A stretch of DNA of 63,647 nucleotides, the filler included, from a bacterium (GTDB taxonomy: Bacteria; JBDRGX01), in the NCBI GenBank assembly GCA_043817485.1. It is 7 parts of 7 records of this genome, joined end to end, with 100 filler letters (N's around TTAATTAATTAA, not from the genome) between each part and the next. Parts side by side here need not be neighbours in the genome. Positions count along the whole stretch, not along the records: positions 48,857 to 61,447 come from JBDRGX010000086.1; positions 61,548 to 63,647 come from JBDRGX010000110.1; 5 more parts are not named here. One strand, 5' to 3'. This document shows, in pieces, positions 51,016 to 61,671 of this stretch (positions within the stretch are counted from its first letter, which is position 1; the number at the start of each line of letters is the position of its first letter). Below the pieces are notes generated by a model. The model saw nothing but the letters and a program-made list of their open reading frames with translations. It was not told the DNA's origin and made no database searches. The translations under genes were made by a program, and so were the position numbers.

Positions 51016-51723
51016 TTAAAATCCTCCAACAAAAGTTAAAGTAAAACTTATTCCACTTACTCCTATTAAAATATCTCTTAGTTTATAATATGTATTCGCA
51101 TTTTTATAATAACTTTCTAAATTAGAATAATCAGCATTTGAAGTATCATTTATACTATTATATTTTTCAAAATTTTTTTCATATTGAAGATGAGCAAATA
51201 TAGCAGCACATCCAGAAATAATGGCAGAAGATAAAAAAACTTTTTTCATAATTTTAGATTCTTTTTTATCTTCTATTTTTATTTCTTTTGTTTTTAATTC
51301 TTCTGTTTTTTCAACCTCTTTTTTAGGTTCTTCTTTTTTAACTTCTAATACTTCTTTTTTTTCTTCTAAAGCCTTTTCTGTTTTTACTTCTTCTAATAAT
51401 TCTTTTAATTTAAAAGGAACATCCTCTGGTAATTTGTAATTTGCATCTAATTTTAATATTTCTTTAAACTGATTTTTTGCTTGAATAAATTCACTATATC
51501 CCTTATATATCATTGCTAAAGAATAATATGCTTTTATTTTATATTCTTGTGAAGATTGAGAATCAGTAATTACTGCATTAAATTCACTAATAGCTTTATC
51601 AAATTCAAAATCATCGAAGTACTGTTGCCCTTGTTCAAAATGTTGAATATAAGTATTTTCTGTTATACCTAATTTTGATAATAAAAAAACAATTACAATT
51701 AAAAATAAAATCCGTTGTTTCAC
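51016..51723 (-). CDS. Exported tetratricopeptide-repeat protein
   Basis: Signal peptide, TPR-like helices (FEQGQQYF...AYYSLAMIY...FKEILKLD), Lys/Glu-rich linker, hydrophobic C-terminal segments. Confidence 0.75.
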   Translation of the reverse strand: MKQRILFLIVIVFLLSKLGITENTYIQHFEQGQQYFDDFEFDKAISEFNAVITDSQSSQEYKIKAYYSLAMIYKGYSEFIQAKNQFKEILKLDANYKLPEDVPFKLKELLEEVKTEKALEEKKEVLEVKKEEPKKEVEKTEELKTKEIKIEDKKESKIMKKVFLSSAIISGCAAIFAHLQYEKNFEKYNSINDTSNADYSNLESYYKNANTYYKLRDILIGVSGISFTLTFVGGF

Positions 51724-51972
51724 TTTTACTCCTTATTTATTTTTTAAAGTTGTTTTTTTTGAATTCACAACAACTTTCATAATTTATTAATTTGGTTAAA
51801 TTATAAAAAATTAAAATTTTTTTGTCAAGAATTGACTTGAAAATTAAAAAATTAAATTAAAAAAGTTTTATAAATTCTTGACAAATATAATACATCACAA
51901 TAATTTTGAAATAGTTAAAAAATTATTTATTATTTTATTCTAAAGTTTTGTTATAAAAAAAGGTAAAATATT

Positions 51973-53040
51973 TTGAGTTCTCAATGGCGTTATATAATAG
52001 AAAAAAATTTAGAAGGAAAACAAGGACTTGCTACTGATGAAATGCTTATTTCTTCTGTGGCAAGATCTAATTTACCTATACTTCATCTTTATTCTTACAA
52101 AAAATCTGCTTTAATTGGTCGTTATCAAGATATGGAAAATGCTCTTAATCTTAAAATGTGTAAAAAATTAAAAGTAGAATATAATCGAAGAATAACTGGT
52201 GGTGGCACTGTTTTAATGGATAAAAACCAATTAGCTTTAGGTTTTGCTATATCTTTAAAAAATGGAATTATTCCTAAAAGCATTAAAGGTGTTTTCAATA
52301 CAATGGCAGAAGTATTAAATAATGCTTTAAAAAAAATAGGAATAACTGCTTGTTTTCAACCTAAAAATGATTTAGAAGTAAATAGTAAAAAAATAGCTGG
52401 ATTATCTGCTATTTTAGAACAAAAAGATATTTTACTTTTTCATACAAGTCTTTTATTAGATTTTAATTTTTCTTTAATGTTAAAAATTTTAAATTTACCT
52501 CCTTTAAAAATTAAAGATAAAGGAATAAGTTGCTTTACTGATAGAATGACAACAATAAAAAAAGAAATAGGAAAATCTATAGAATTAGATGAAATAATAA
52601 AATTAGTAATAGAGTCTTTTGAAAAAAAATTTAATATTAAATTATATAAAGATAGTTTTTCTGATTATGAAAAAAAGGAAAGAGATCGGCTAATTAAAGA
52701 AAAATATACAAATCCAAAATGGCTTTATTGTATCAAAACACCATTTTTAAATTTTGGAAAAGCAATAAAAAAAACAAATGCTGGGTTAATACAAGTAGAT
52801 ATTACACTTAATAAAAAAATTATTGAAAATATTTTCATTACTGGTGATATTATTCCTCAAAATCCAGAAATAATAAATAAAATAGAATTTATTTTAAAAT
52901 GGTCTTCTGCTGATAAAGATAAAGTAAAAGAAAAATTAAAAGAAGTAATGAAATCTGAAACTATTTATGCATTAGATAGCAATAGTCTGACAAATATAAT
53001 TATGCAAGCAGTGAAAAATTATGAAAATAAATATAAATAA
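51973..53040 (+). CDS. lplA: Lipoate-protein ligase A family
   Basis: ATDE, LIGRYQ, RRITGGGTV, PKNDLEVNSKKIAG, H-x-SLL, C-terminal ITGD domain. Confidence 0.9.
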   Translation: MSSQWRYIIEKNLEGKQGLATDEMLISSVARSNLPILHLYSYKKSALIGRYQDMENALNLKMCKKLKVEYNRRITGGGTVLMDKNQLALGFAISLKNGIIPKSIKGVFNTMAEVLNNALKKIGITACFQPKNDLEVNSKKIAGLSAILEQKDILLFHTSLLLDFNFSLMLKILNLPPLKIKDKGISCFTDRMTTIKKEIGKSIELDEIIKLVIESFEKKFNIKLYKDSFSDYEKKERDRLIKEKYTNPKWLYCIKTPFLNFGKAIKKTNAGLIQVDITLNKKIIENIFITGDIIPQNPEIINKIEFILKWSSADKDKVKEKLKEVMKSETIYALDSNSLTNIIMQAVKNYENKYK

Positions 53041-53196
53041 GCTTATTAAAAAAATAAAAGAAATATTATTATACAACATAATGTAAGTTAACAAATAATT
53101 ATATTAAATACGAAAATTCAGAATGAAACCTTTATAAATAAACTATTTCAAAATACGCCCAAATCACTACTGTTAGATGTAATGCTTTATCAAACT

Positions 53197-53457
53197 CTAA
53201 GTGTATATAAGTAAATATTTTTCGGGTGATTCAATGGATTCTCTCTCTAAATCCACATCTAAATCTGGCCAGTAAAGATGATGTGGCTGTGACAATTCAA
53301 CATTTAGAATAGATGAAATATTCGCATTTTTAAACCAAGGAAAGTTTGAAAATGGTAAAAAATATTCATTCTGATTTATCATCAGCCAAAATCCATATTT
53401 AGAGATGTTTAGTACTTCAACTTTGGAAGTGCTTTTCCCAGTTATCCTTGATTTCAT
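53197..53457 (-). CDS. DUF2442 family protein (putative antitoxin); start taken at ATG 53457
   Basis: EVLNISKYGFWL...FLPFSNFPWF...HLYWPDLDVDL..ESIESPEKY; overlaps the upstream small gene. Confidence 0.82.
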   Translation of the reverse strand: MKSRITGKSTSKVEVLNISKYGFWLMINQNEYFLPFSNFPWFKNANISSILNVELSQPHHLYWPDLDVDLERESIESPEKYLLIYT

Positions 53458-53656
53458 CTTTTCTCTCCTCAATAATTTTTTGTATATCACTAATATTTTT
53501 TTGAGATAAACCATAATTCTGAACTAACGTAATAGAAGGCTCCAACCAAAACTTAGCTTCCCCGTCATCAGAAGATACATGAATATGTATTCTTTCCTCT
53601 TCTCGAGAAAAGAAAAAAAAATCGATAACCTTTAGACGAAAAACAGTTGGACTCAT
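53417..53656 (-). CDS. DUF4160 family protein (putative toxin)
   Basis: MSPTVFR...FFFFSREE.RIHIHV....GEAKFWLEP...W..HF. Confidence 0.85.
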   Translation of the reverse strand: MSPTVFRLKVIDFFFFSREEERIHIHVSSDDGEAKFWLEPSITLVQNYGLSQKNISDIQKIIEERKDEIKDNWEKHFQS

Positions 53657-53852
53657 AATAATATTATATCCTTTTAAAATTTAACATTATTTTTCATAAA
53701 TAAATTAGTTTATTTATAGAATAATCCAAATCTCAATTAGATTTGTCAATCAAAAAATTTAATTTTCATAAATTCTCAGTGAACATATAAAATATATATT
53801 TTTCACTTGAAATTATATATTATTTACATAATTTTATTTTTACAAATATTTT

Positions 53853-53903
53853 GTCTAACCATAAAAATAACCTGCTCCGTCAGATTCATCATTTTTGTTA
53901 TAC
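53853..53903 (-). other. Putative integron attC site
   Basis: Minus strand GTATAAC-aaaaatg-ATGAATCTG-acggag-CAGGTTAT-ttttatg-GTTAGAC: complementary R boxes (6/7) and L boxes with one extra G; short, at 51 bp. Confidence 0.5.
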
Positions 53904-53999
53904 TTTCTTCTTGTATGTTTCACTTATTAACCTGATCTCGATTGTTGCTTGATCTATCTCTTAACATATCTTATCACACATTTAATAATTCAAAAAAAA

Positions 54000-55727
54000 T
54001 TAAACTAAAATAAAATTTTCAAGTTTTTCCTTAATAAATTCTTCAATTTCTTCAGCTGAACTTAAAAGCAAAATTTCTTTAACTAATTTTTTAGATTTTT
54101 TTAAAGAAGATTTTCTAATAATTTCTTTTATTTGAGGAATAGCAAGTGGACTCATACTAAGTTCATCTAATTCTAATCCTAATAATATTGTGGTGTATAA
54201 AGGATCTCCAGCCATTTCTCCACACATACTTACTGGAATATTTTTTTCATGAGCAGATTTAATTGTATAATTTATAGAACGAAGAATAGCTGGATGAAAA
54301 GGATTATACAAATAAGCAACTTTTTCATTTATTCTATCTACAGCTAAAGTATATTGAATAAGATCATTAGTTCCAATACTAAAAAAATCTACTTCACGAG
54401 CAAATATATCTGCAATAAGAGAAGCAGATGGAATTTCTATCATAATACCAATTTTTATATTCTCATCAAAAGAAAAATTTTCTTTTCTTAACTTATCTTT
54501 AATTTCACAAATTATTTTTTTAGTTTTTCTAATTTCTTCTATTCCAGAAATCATTGGAATTAGTAATTTTACTTTTCCAAAACTACTTGCTCGAAGTATT
54601 GCTCTTAATTGCACTTCAAAAATATCCAATCTTTCTAAACATAATCTAATAGCTCGACATCCCATAAAAGGATTCATTTCTTCTGGTAATCCAATATTAG
54701 ACATAAATTTATCGCCACCTATATCTAATGTTCTAATAATCACTTCATAAGGATACATTTCACTAGCTACTTTTTTATAAACTTCAAATTGTTCTTTTTC
54801 TGTAGGAAAAATTTTATTTTTTAGATAAAGATATTCTGTTCTAAAAAGACCTACTCCTTCTGCTCCAAAATCTAATGCTGTATTAACTTCAGAAGAAAAT
54901 TCAATATTAGACATAATAGAAATTTTATATCCATCAAGCGTTTGAGCTAATTCTTTTCTTTTTTTTTCTAATATATTTTTATTTTCTTCTATTTTTTTTT
55001 CTTTTTTAGTATAAATTTCTATTAGCGGCTTATCAGGATTAACAAAAATTTCTCCTGTATTACCATCAAGAATAATAGTATCTCCTGGAGAAACCATTTC
55101 AACTATATTTTTTAATCCCACTACTGCTGGAATACCCATTGAACGAGCCATAATAGCTACATGAGATGTTTTTCCTCCCATATTAGTTGCAAAACCAAGC
55201 ACTTTTTCTTTATCCATTAAAACAGTATCTGAAGGTGTTAGTTCATTAGATATAATAATTACTTTTTTTGTAAGATGAGAAAGATTTTCTTTTTCAATCC
55301 CAAGTAAATTTTTTACAATTCTTTTAATTACATCATAAATATCAGAACTTCTTTCTTTTAAATATTCATCTTTCATATTTGAAAAAACATCAGAAATTTT
55401 ATCCAATATATCCATAAGAATATAATCTGCATTACATTTTTCTCCTGCTATTCTTTCAATAGTTTTTTTAATAATCATATCATCTTTTAATAAAAGAAAA
55501 TGTGCATCAAAAATATAACTATGTTGTTCTCCCAATTTTTTAATTGTTTGTTCTTTAAGTTCTAATATTTCTTGTTTAGTTCTCAAAACAGCTAATTCAA
55601 AATTTTCTATTTCTTTATCAACATAAATACCTTCAACTTTATATTTTTTTACAACATATTGATCGCTTTCAAGAAAAAAAACTTCTCCTATAGCAATTCC
55701 TGGAGATACAGGTATTCCTTTTATCAT
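54000..55727 (-). CDS. ptsI: Phosphoenolpyruvate-protein phosphotransferase (PTS enzyme I)
   Basis: GGKTSHVAIMAR, GVGLFRTEY, RTLDIGGDK, FFSIGTNDLIQY, MCGEMAG. Confidence 0.97.
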   Translation of the reverse strand: MIKGIPVSPGIAIGEVFFLESDQYVVKKYKVEGIYVDKEIENFELAVLRTKQEILELKEQTIKKLGEQHSYIFDAHFLLLKDDMIIKKTIERIAGEKCNADYILMDILDKISDVFSNMKDEYLKERSSDIYDVIKRIVKNLLGIEKENLSHLTKKVIIISNELTPSDTVLMDKEKVLGFATNMGGKTSHVAIMARSMGIPAVVGLKNIVEMVSPGDTIILDGNTGEIFVNPDKPLIEIYTKKEKKIEENKNILEKKRKELAQTLDGYKISIMSNIEFSSEVNTALDFGAEGVGLFRTEYLYLKNKIFPTEKEQFEVYKKVASEMYPYEVIIRTLDIGGDKFMSNIGLPEEMNPFMGCRAIRLCLERLDIFEVQLRAILRASSFGKVKLLIPMISGIEEIRKTKKIICEIKDKLRKENFSFDENIKIGIMIEIPSASLIADIFAREVDFFSIGTNDLIQYTLAVDRINEKVAYLYNPFHPAILRSINYTIKSAHEKNIPVSMCGEMAGDPLYTTILLGLELDELSMSPLAIPQIKEIIRKSSLKKSKKLVKEILLLSSAEEIEEFIKEKLENFILV

Positions 55728-55875
55728 TTTTTATATCCTTTAATGATTAAATTAAAAATATTAAAATCCGCATGACCAAAATCCAAAACAAAACATTTGA
55801 TATTTACATTTATTTCGATATTCGTATTTTGAATTTGGTTATTTGCAATATTTTATTTTTGATTGCAATTTAATA

Positions 55876-56145
55876 TTAATCCTCTTCTCCAAATTTATTT
55901 TCTATAATTTTTTCTATTGCTTGTAAAACTTCTTGTGCATCAGACCCTTTTATCTTTACTTTTATATGAGTACCACAAGCAGCAGCTAACATCATTATTC
56001 CCAAGATACTTTTTCCATCTACTACATCTTCACCTTTTTCCACAGAAATTTCTGATAAAAACTTATTCGCAGTTTGTACAAATAAAGCAGCTGCACGAGC
56101 ATGTAGCCCTAATTTATTTTTAATAATAAATGTTTTTTCTATCAT
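55876..56145 (-). CDS. ptsH: Phosphocarrier protein HPr
   Basis: NKLGLHARAA (His15), DGKSILGIMML (Ser46). Confidence 0.96.
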   Translation of the reverse strand: MIEKTFIIKNKLGLHARAAALFVQTANKFLSEISVEKGEDVVDGKSILGIMMLAAACGTHIKVKIKGSDAQEVLQAIEKIIENKFGEED

Positions 56146-56149
56146 TAAA

Positions 56150-56935
56150 TTACCTTTGCAAAAAATGATTTACTATTATACCTAATCCAGTAAAAATAAA
56201 TGCAATCATAGTCACTGATAAAATTTTTTTTAAAATATAAGAAAAAATAAGAGTAATTGCTATAAAAATAAATACAATAGAAAATTCTCCTAAATTAAAA
56301 TATAATTTCGTGAAATTACCATCTAAAGCAAAAAATACAATTGCTATTCCACAAAGAAATAAAGTTAAATTACCAATAAAATAAGACATTTTAGGAAATT
56401 GCATTTTTTTTATATAATTTACTACTTGTTTTTCTAAATAATACCCTTTCCAAATACCAAATATTCTCACATAAAAATGAGGAATATTAAAAATAAAAAA
56501 AGTTGTTAAAATCCCTAACAAATTAAGATTAAAAAATAACATAATAAGTATTCCAATTAAAGAAGCACATGGTTTAAGCGTTTCCCAAAAAAAAAGATCT
56601 CCTATTACAGATAAAGGACTACTTATTATTTTTTTTGTTTTTTCAAAATTTTCTGGAATATCCTTACCTTGAGCAATATTTTCTTCTATTTTAATTGCCA
56701 TTCCAATAAAAAAGGATGCTGTATAAGGATGTATATTAAAAAAAGAAATATAACGAGCATAAACCTTATTTCTTTTTTCTGAATCTGAATATAGCTTATT
56801 AATAATAGAAGATAAAACAAATGTAAGTCCTATGTTTTGCATTTTTTCAAAATTCCAACTTGCTTGAATATAAAAAGATTTTAAAAAACTTAAAAAAAGA
56901 TCCCATTGTGTAATTTTTTTCATTATTAACCCCAA
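56150..56935 (-). CDS. PTS mannose/fructose/sorbose family IID component
   Basis: IQASWNFEKMQNIG, FFNIHPY, PLSVIGDLFFW. Confidence 0.92.
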   Translation of the reverse strand: MGLIMKKITQWDLFLSFLKSFYIQASWNFEKMQNIGLTFVLSSIINKLYSDSEKRNKVYARYISFFNIHPYTASFFIGMAIKIEENIAQGKDIPENFEKTKKIISSPLSVIGDLFFWETLKPCASLIGILIMLFFNLNLLGILTTFFIFNIPHFYVRIFGIWKGYYLEKQVVNYIKKMQFPKMSYFIGNLTLFLCGIAIVFFALDGNFTKLYFNLGEFSIVFIFIAITLIFSYILKKILSVTMIAFIFTGLGIIVNHFLQR

Positions 56936-57600
56936 AATTTAATAACTAATCCAACCAAAAGTCCAGCAATAAAAAACCAATATTTTTTTTTAGAAATAAA
57001 AATTCCTATAATTACTGCAAAACCTAATAAAATAAAAAAATCTTTTAAAAGAGAAATCATCATTTCATTAGAAACTAAAATCATAGGAGCAAGAAAAACT
57101 CCTATAGAGATTGTTATAAAAAGAAGAAAAAAGTTTTTTACCCAAAATAATCCCATTCCATATAAATTAAGCATTGCTACTTTTTCTCCTTTATGATTCG
57201 ATACTAAATGAAATGCTTTATGAGATAAAAAAGAATTAAAATTTCGAAGACCAATATCTATTTTTGATCCTATCATTCCCCAAAAAATACCTAATAAAAC
57301 TGCTGGATAAATAAAAGAACTAATTGATAACCCATTTGCTTGAGCAATAATAATTATAGCCGTAGTGCTAATACTACTCGTACTTGCATCTGTTTTACTT
57401 GTTCCACCTACTGGAAAATTTCCAAGCCAAAGAAGTTGAAATAAAAGACCAATCAAAATACCTATTTCTACATTACCTAATGCTAATCCTGCAAGAGGGG
57501 CAGATATCATTGGTTGAGAAATCATTATTTGCCAACAAGCAATGTCATCTAAACTTATAAATGCTCCAATAAAAGAAATGTATAAAATTTTAAAAAACAA
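56926..57600 (-). CDS. PTS mannose/fructose/sorbose family IIC component
   Basis: QIMISQPMI, GLALGNVEIG, QLLWLGNFPVGG. Confidence 0.9.
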   Translation of the reverse strand: MFFKILYISFIGAFISLDDIACWQIMISQPMISAPLAGLALGNVEIGILIGLLFQLLWLGNFPVGGTSKTDASTSSISTTAIIIIAQANGLSISSFIYPAVLLGIFWGMIGSKIDIGLRNFNSFLSHKAFHLVSNHKGEKVAMLNLYGMGLFWVKNFFLLFITISIGVFLAPMILVSNEMMISLLKDFFILLGFAVIIGIFISKKKYWFFIAGLLVGLVIKFWG

Positions 57601-57632
57601 AAATCACCTCAAATATATACAAAAATTAAAAA

Positions 57633-58127
57633 TTAAGTTTTAAATTTTGTGTTATCAAGTAGTTTTATTAAATCAGTTTTTTGATCACTTGGAGTTACTC
57701 TTATTTCTAATTTTATTCCTTTTTTATGAATATTAATAAAAGATTCTTTATCTTGTTCACTTATAGCAATTCCAGAAAAAATTTCTATTTTATTTTCTTC
57801 ATAACTCATTGGTCCTATATTAAGTTTATCAAAGTAAATATTACTATAATCTAAAAAAGTAAGGACATCTTTAGGATTATTAAAAAGAAGAATTATCCTT
57901 TTTTTCTCTAATTCTTTATGTGCTAATTTTTCTACAGATTCCTTGATTCCTAAAATATATGCTTTTATGTTAGGAGGAACTATCATTTCCATAAGTGTTT
58001 TTCTCATTTCATCATTTGCTATTTCATCATTTGCTACTATTATTATATCAGCATTCGTATAATGAGCCCATCCTATTATTATCATTCCATGAATAAGCCT
58101 ATCATCTACTCGTGTTAAAACTAACAT
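57633..58127 (-). CDS. PTS mannose/fructose/sorbose family IIB component
   Basis: RVDDRLIHG, IIVAND, LNIG. Confidence 0.92.
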   Translation of the reverse strand: MLVLTRVDDRLIHGMIIIGWAHYTNADIIIVANDEIANDEMRKTLMEMIVPPNIKAYILGIKESVEKLAHKELEKKRIILLFNNPKDVLTFLDYSNIYFDKLNIGPMSYEENKIEIFSGIAISEQDKESFINIHKKGIKLEIRVTPSDQKTDLIKLLDNTKFKT

Positions 58128-58157
58128 TATATTTCTCCATCTAAAACTATTTGTAAA

Positions 58158-58547
58158 TTACTTAATTCCTTTTTGTCCTTTTGTAATACTGATATTTACC
58201 AATTCATCTATATTTTTTGAATTTTTATATAAACAAACTTCAAGTAACATAGGAAGATTAACTCCAGAAACAATTCTTACATTTTTTCTTTTTTGAAGTT
58301 CAAGTTGACACATATTAAAACAACTACCACCATAAATATCTACAAAAAAAATAATTTCTTTTTCCTCTCCTATTTTTTTTATAGATTGATTTATTTTTTG
58401 TTGTAAAACTTCACATCCATCTGATTTCAAAAAAGAAACTGATTCTAAATAAGATTGTTTTCCTATAATCATTTCTGTTGATTGAATCAATTCTATAGAT
58501 AAATTTCCATGTGTAACTACAATTATTCCTATCATCCTATTAAACAA
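58158..58547 (-). CDS. PTS mannose/fructose/sorbose family IIA component
   Basis: IIVVTHG, VDIYGGS, SGVNLPMLLE. Confidence 0.92.
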   Translation of the reverse strand: MFNRMIGIIVVTHGNLSIELIQSTEMIIGKQSYLESVSFLKSDGCEVLQQKINQSIKKIGEEKEIIFFVDIYGGSCFNMCQLELQKRKNVRIVSGVNLPMLLEVCLYKNSKNIDELVNISITKGQKGIK

Positions 58548-58576
58548 ACCTTCCTTACATTGAATTGTTAGATGTT

Positions 58577-58948
58577 TTATTTCATATCTTTTAATATTTT
58601 CTCAATTGTATTTTTTAATGCTGGAATTTTATTCTTACATATTTCATAAATAGCTTCGGCATTAATATCAATATAATGATGCGTAATAATATCTCTTAGT
58701 CCTTTTACTTTTTTCCATTCAATTTGAGGGTATTTACATAAAATGGAATCGCCTGTAACTTTATCAAAATTTTTCAGACCTTCCCCAATAACAATTAACT
58801 GCATACAAATAGAATCTAATTTTTCCATTCCTTCTGGAGTATCTGTAAAATCGTTAACAGTTTCAATTAAGTCAGACCGTTTTAAAATAATTTCAATAGA
58901 GTGATATATTTGTTGTAATATTTCTTTGGAAAGTTCTTTGTCATACAT
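58577..58948 (-). CDS. HepT-like ribonuclease (DUF86/HEPN) toxin
   Basis: DSICMQLIVIGE, YPQIEWKKVKGLRDIITHHY (R-x4-H motif); ATG at 58948 overlaps the end of the upstream gene. Confidence 0.9.
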   Translation of the reverse strand: MYDKELSKEILQQIYHSIEIILKRSDLIETVNDFTDTPEGMEKLDSICMQLIVIGEGLKNFDKVTGDSILCKYPQIEWKKVKGLRDIITHHYIDINAEAIYEICKNKIPALKNTIEKILKDMK

Positions 58949-59237
58949 AAATAGCCTCTGAATCAATTCGTTTTTTTAGAAACAAATTCATTTTTTCTCG
59001 ATAGCTAACAACATCTACAGAAGATTTTAAATTTTCTTCTAAATTTTGTTTAATGCCAATAATTTCAAATAAATCCTGTTTTGTTAAAACTACAACAATG
59101 TCTATATCACTGTTATCATTTGCTGCATTCCTAGCAACTGACCCAAAAATTCCAAGGCGTTTTATATGATATTTATTTTTATTCTCTGCTTTGAATTTTC
59201 TTAAATATTCTACTATTTCTTCGCGATTCATGATCAT
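58941..59237 (-). CDS. Minimal nucleotidyltransferase (MNT/MntA-like) antitoxin
   Basis: LGIFGSVAR...SDIDIVV...VDVV; translationally coupled to the HEPN gene. Confidence 0.9.
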   Translation of the reverse strand: MIMNREEIVEYLRKFKAENKNKYHIKRLGIFGSVARNAANDNSDIDIVVVLTKQDLFEIIGIKQNLEENLKSSVDVVSYREKMNLFLKKRIDSEAIYV

Positions 59238-59250
59238 TCCTTCTATATTC

Positions 59251-61221
59251 TTATTCTTCTTTTTTTTCTTGACCCCAATAATCAATAATTTTTGTTTTTT
59301 TCTTTAAATCTTCTATTGTTTGTCTAAAAAATTGGGAATATTTTTGTTCTACAAGATTCTTTTTAATTTCTTCTTTTTTAATTTCAAATTCTTGATCATT
59401 ACTTTTTTGTTTTTCTATTACAGAAATAATATAAAAACCTTTTTCTGTTTCTATTACATTACTTATTTGTTGTGGTTTTAAATTAAAAGCCTTATACAAA
59501 ATTTTCTTTTCTTGACCAATATTAGGCAAAGATCCATCTCGAGTAATTAAATCTGTTGGTTCTTCATAAACAATATTATATTTTTTTGCAATATCTGTCC
59601 ATTTAGGATTTTTGTTAAGTTCTTCAAAAATTTTATTTGCTTGATTTTTTGCAATATTTTTACTTTTTTCAATTTTTAAATCATTTTCAACTTTTAATTT
59701 AATTTCTTTTAAAGAAGGAATAGATGCTTTTTTCTTTTCTAATAATTTTATAACCAAATATCCTTTATAAGTTTTAATTGGAGAAGAAATATCAGAAACT
59801 TTTTTTAAATTAAAAACACTTTCATTAAATTCTTTTATAAATCCTAATTCTTCTATTGATCCTTCTTTAGTGAAAAATGAAGTAATTTTTATTTGTGCAT
59901 TAAATTCTTTTTGATATAAAGATGCAATTTTATCAAAATTCCCAAAAATTCTTTTTGCTTTTTGATAAAATTCATAAGCTTTTTCTTTTACTATTTCTTT
60001 TGATTTTTCTTGACGAATTTTTTCTTCAATTTCACATTTTACTTCTTTAAATAATTTATAATAAGAATCTTTTTTATCAACTAATTTAATAATATGATAT
60101 CCAAAATCTGTTTGAACTACTTCAGAATAAATTTCACCTTTATTCATAGAAAAAACTGCATTTTCAAAAGAAGGTACCATAACACCAGATTTAAAATAGC
60201 CCAAATCTTCATATTTTACTAAATTTTTATTTTTTAATTCTGTTTTTTTAGCAAATTCTTCAAAACTATTAGCTAATTTCGATTCTTTTAAAATTTCTTG
60301 TGCCAATATTTTTGCTTTTTCTTTTATTTGAACAGAAGCATCTTTTTCAATTTTTATTAAAATATGTTGAGCATAATATGTTGCTTCTTCTTGATAATCT
60401 GATTTATGCTCTTCATAATAATCTAATACTTGTTTTTCAGGTATTTTAATTTTTTTAAATATATCTGCTTCATTAAATAAAACATATTTTACTTTGCATT
60501 TTTCTTCTTCAAGATAATCATTTTTATTTTGTTTGTAATAAAATGCAATTTCTTTTTCTTCTATTGAAATAGTATTTTGATAAGTTTGTGAATTTATAAA
60601 AAGATATTTTAATCTTATTTTTTCATTTTGTTTAATATATTCATCTTTTACTTCTTCATCACTTATTTTAATAAAATCATAAATTATATTTTTTAATTTT
60701 TCTCTAATTAAACCTTCTTTTATTTTTTGAAGTAAAGTATTCCAATTATACTTTGAATCATCTATTGCTTTATTATATTTTTCTGGATCAAATTTTCCAT
60801 TACTTTGAAAAAATATGTCTTTTTTTAATGTTTCAATAACTTCAAAATCAGATACTTTAATTTTATATTTTTGAGCCAATAAAAGTTGAAGTTTTTCTTG
60901 AATTAATTCTTGTTTAGCTATATTTACTAAATCAAATTGCTGTGGATTAAAATTTTCTCCTAAATACATTTGATATTTATAATAACACTCTTGATATTTA
61001 TCTTTCAAATCATCTAATTTAATTTCATCTTTGTTTATTTTCACAACAACATTACTTACTCTTTTATTTGAAGAAGAATCTTTTACTCCCCAATTATAAA
61101 ATATAGTTACAATAAAACAAATTGCTATTATAACCATTACTATTTTATTAAAATTACTTTTTTTAGAAGGAATTACATTTCCTGCAAGTCCTTTAAAACC
61201 TTTTCTCATAGATCTAAACAT
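59251..61221 (-). CDS. PpiD/SurA-family periplasmic chaperone with parvulin PPIase domain
   Basis: N-terminal TM helix, SurA-N region (FQSNGKFDPEKY), AQHILIK, DLGYF...MVPSFENAVF...TDFGYHIIK. Confidence 0.88.
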   Translation of the reverse strand: MFRSMRKGFKGLAGNVIPSKKSNFNKIVMVIIAICFIVTIFYNWGVKDSSSNKRVSNVVVKINKDEIKLDDLKDKYQECYYKYQMYLGENFNPQQFDLVNIAKQELIQEKLQLLLAQKYKIKVSDFEVIETLKKDIFFQSNGKFDPEKYNKAIDDSKYNWNTLLQKIKEGLIREKLKNIIYDFIKISDEEVKDEYIKQNEKIRLKYLFINSQTYQNTISIEEKEIAFYYKQNKNDYLEEEKCKVKYVLFNEADIFKKIKIPEKQVLDYYEEHKSDYQEEATYYAQHILIKIEKDASVQIKEKAKILAQEILKESKLANSFEEFAKKTELKNKNLVKYEDLGYFKSGVMVPSFENAVFSMNKGEIYSEVVQTDFGYHIIKLVDKKDSYYKLFKEVKCEIEEKIRQEKSKEIVKEKAYEFYQKAKRIFGNFDKIASLYQKEFNAQIKITSFFTKEGSIEELGFIKEFNESVFNLKKVSDISSPIKTYKGYLVIKLLEKKKASIPSLKEIKLKVENDLKIEKSKNIAKNQANKIFEELNKNPKWTDIAKKYNIVYEEPTDLITRDGSLPNIGQEKKILYKAFNLKPQQISNVIETEKGFYIISVIEKQKSNDQEFEIKKEEIKKNLVEQKYSQFFRQTIEDLKKKTKIIDYWGQEKKEE

Positions 61222-61671
61222 AAAATTTCCTCCATATTGTTTTATAAATTTTAGATTTTTTGAAATAATCTTTTATATTAAAAAATAAAATTGTATTCTA
61301 TTACATAATACTTCATCTCTGTCAAGTTTTTATTTTGTCTATTAGATATAATAAAATAAAGAAATTTTTTGTATTAAAAAATTATTGACAAATTGATAAT
61401 TTTCTTAAATTATATTTAAAGTAAATTTTTCAAAAAAAATAATATAGNNNNNNNNNNNNNNNNNNNNNNNNNNNNNNNNNNNNNNNNNNNNTTAATTAAT
61501 TAANNNNNNNNNNNNNNNNNNNNNNNNNNNNNNNNNNNNNNNNNNNNTTCATTAACAAAGAAATGGTCTCAAAATCTTTAATTTCTAAATTTTTAAAAAA
61601 TTTCATAAATTTAAAATATATTTTCTATTTTCTATTGTCAATATATATTTATATATTAAAATGCGTAAAAA

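Noticed and set aside
53086-53180. Complete attC downstream of the DUF2442 gene
   Set aside because: Only the ATCTAAC box is convincing; no paired L boxes, and the candidate R' (GTTAACT) is imperfect.
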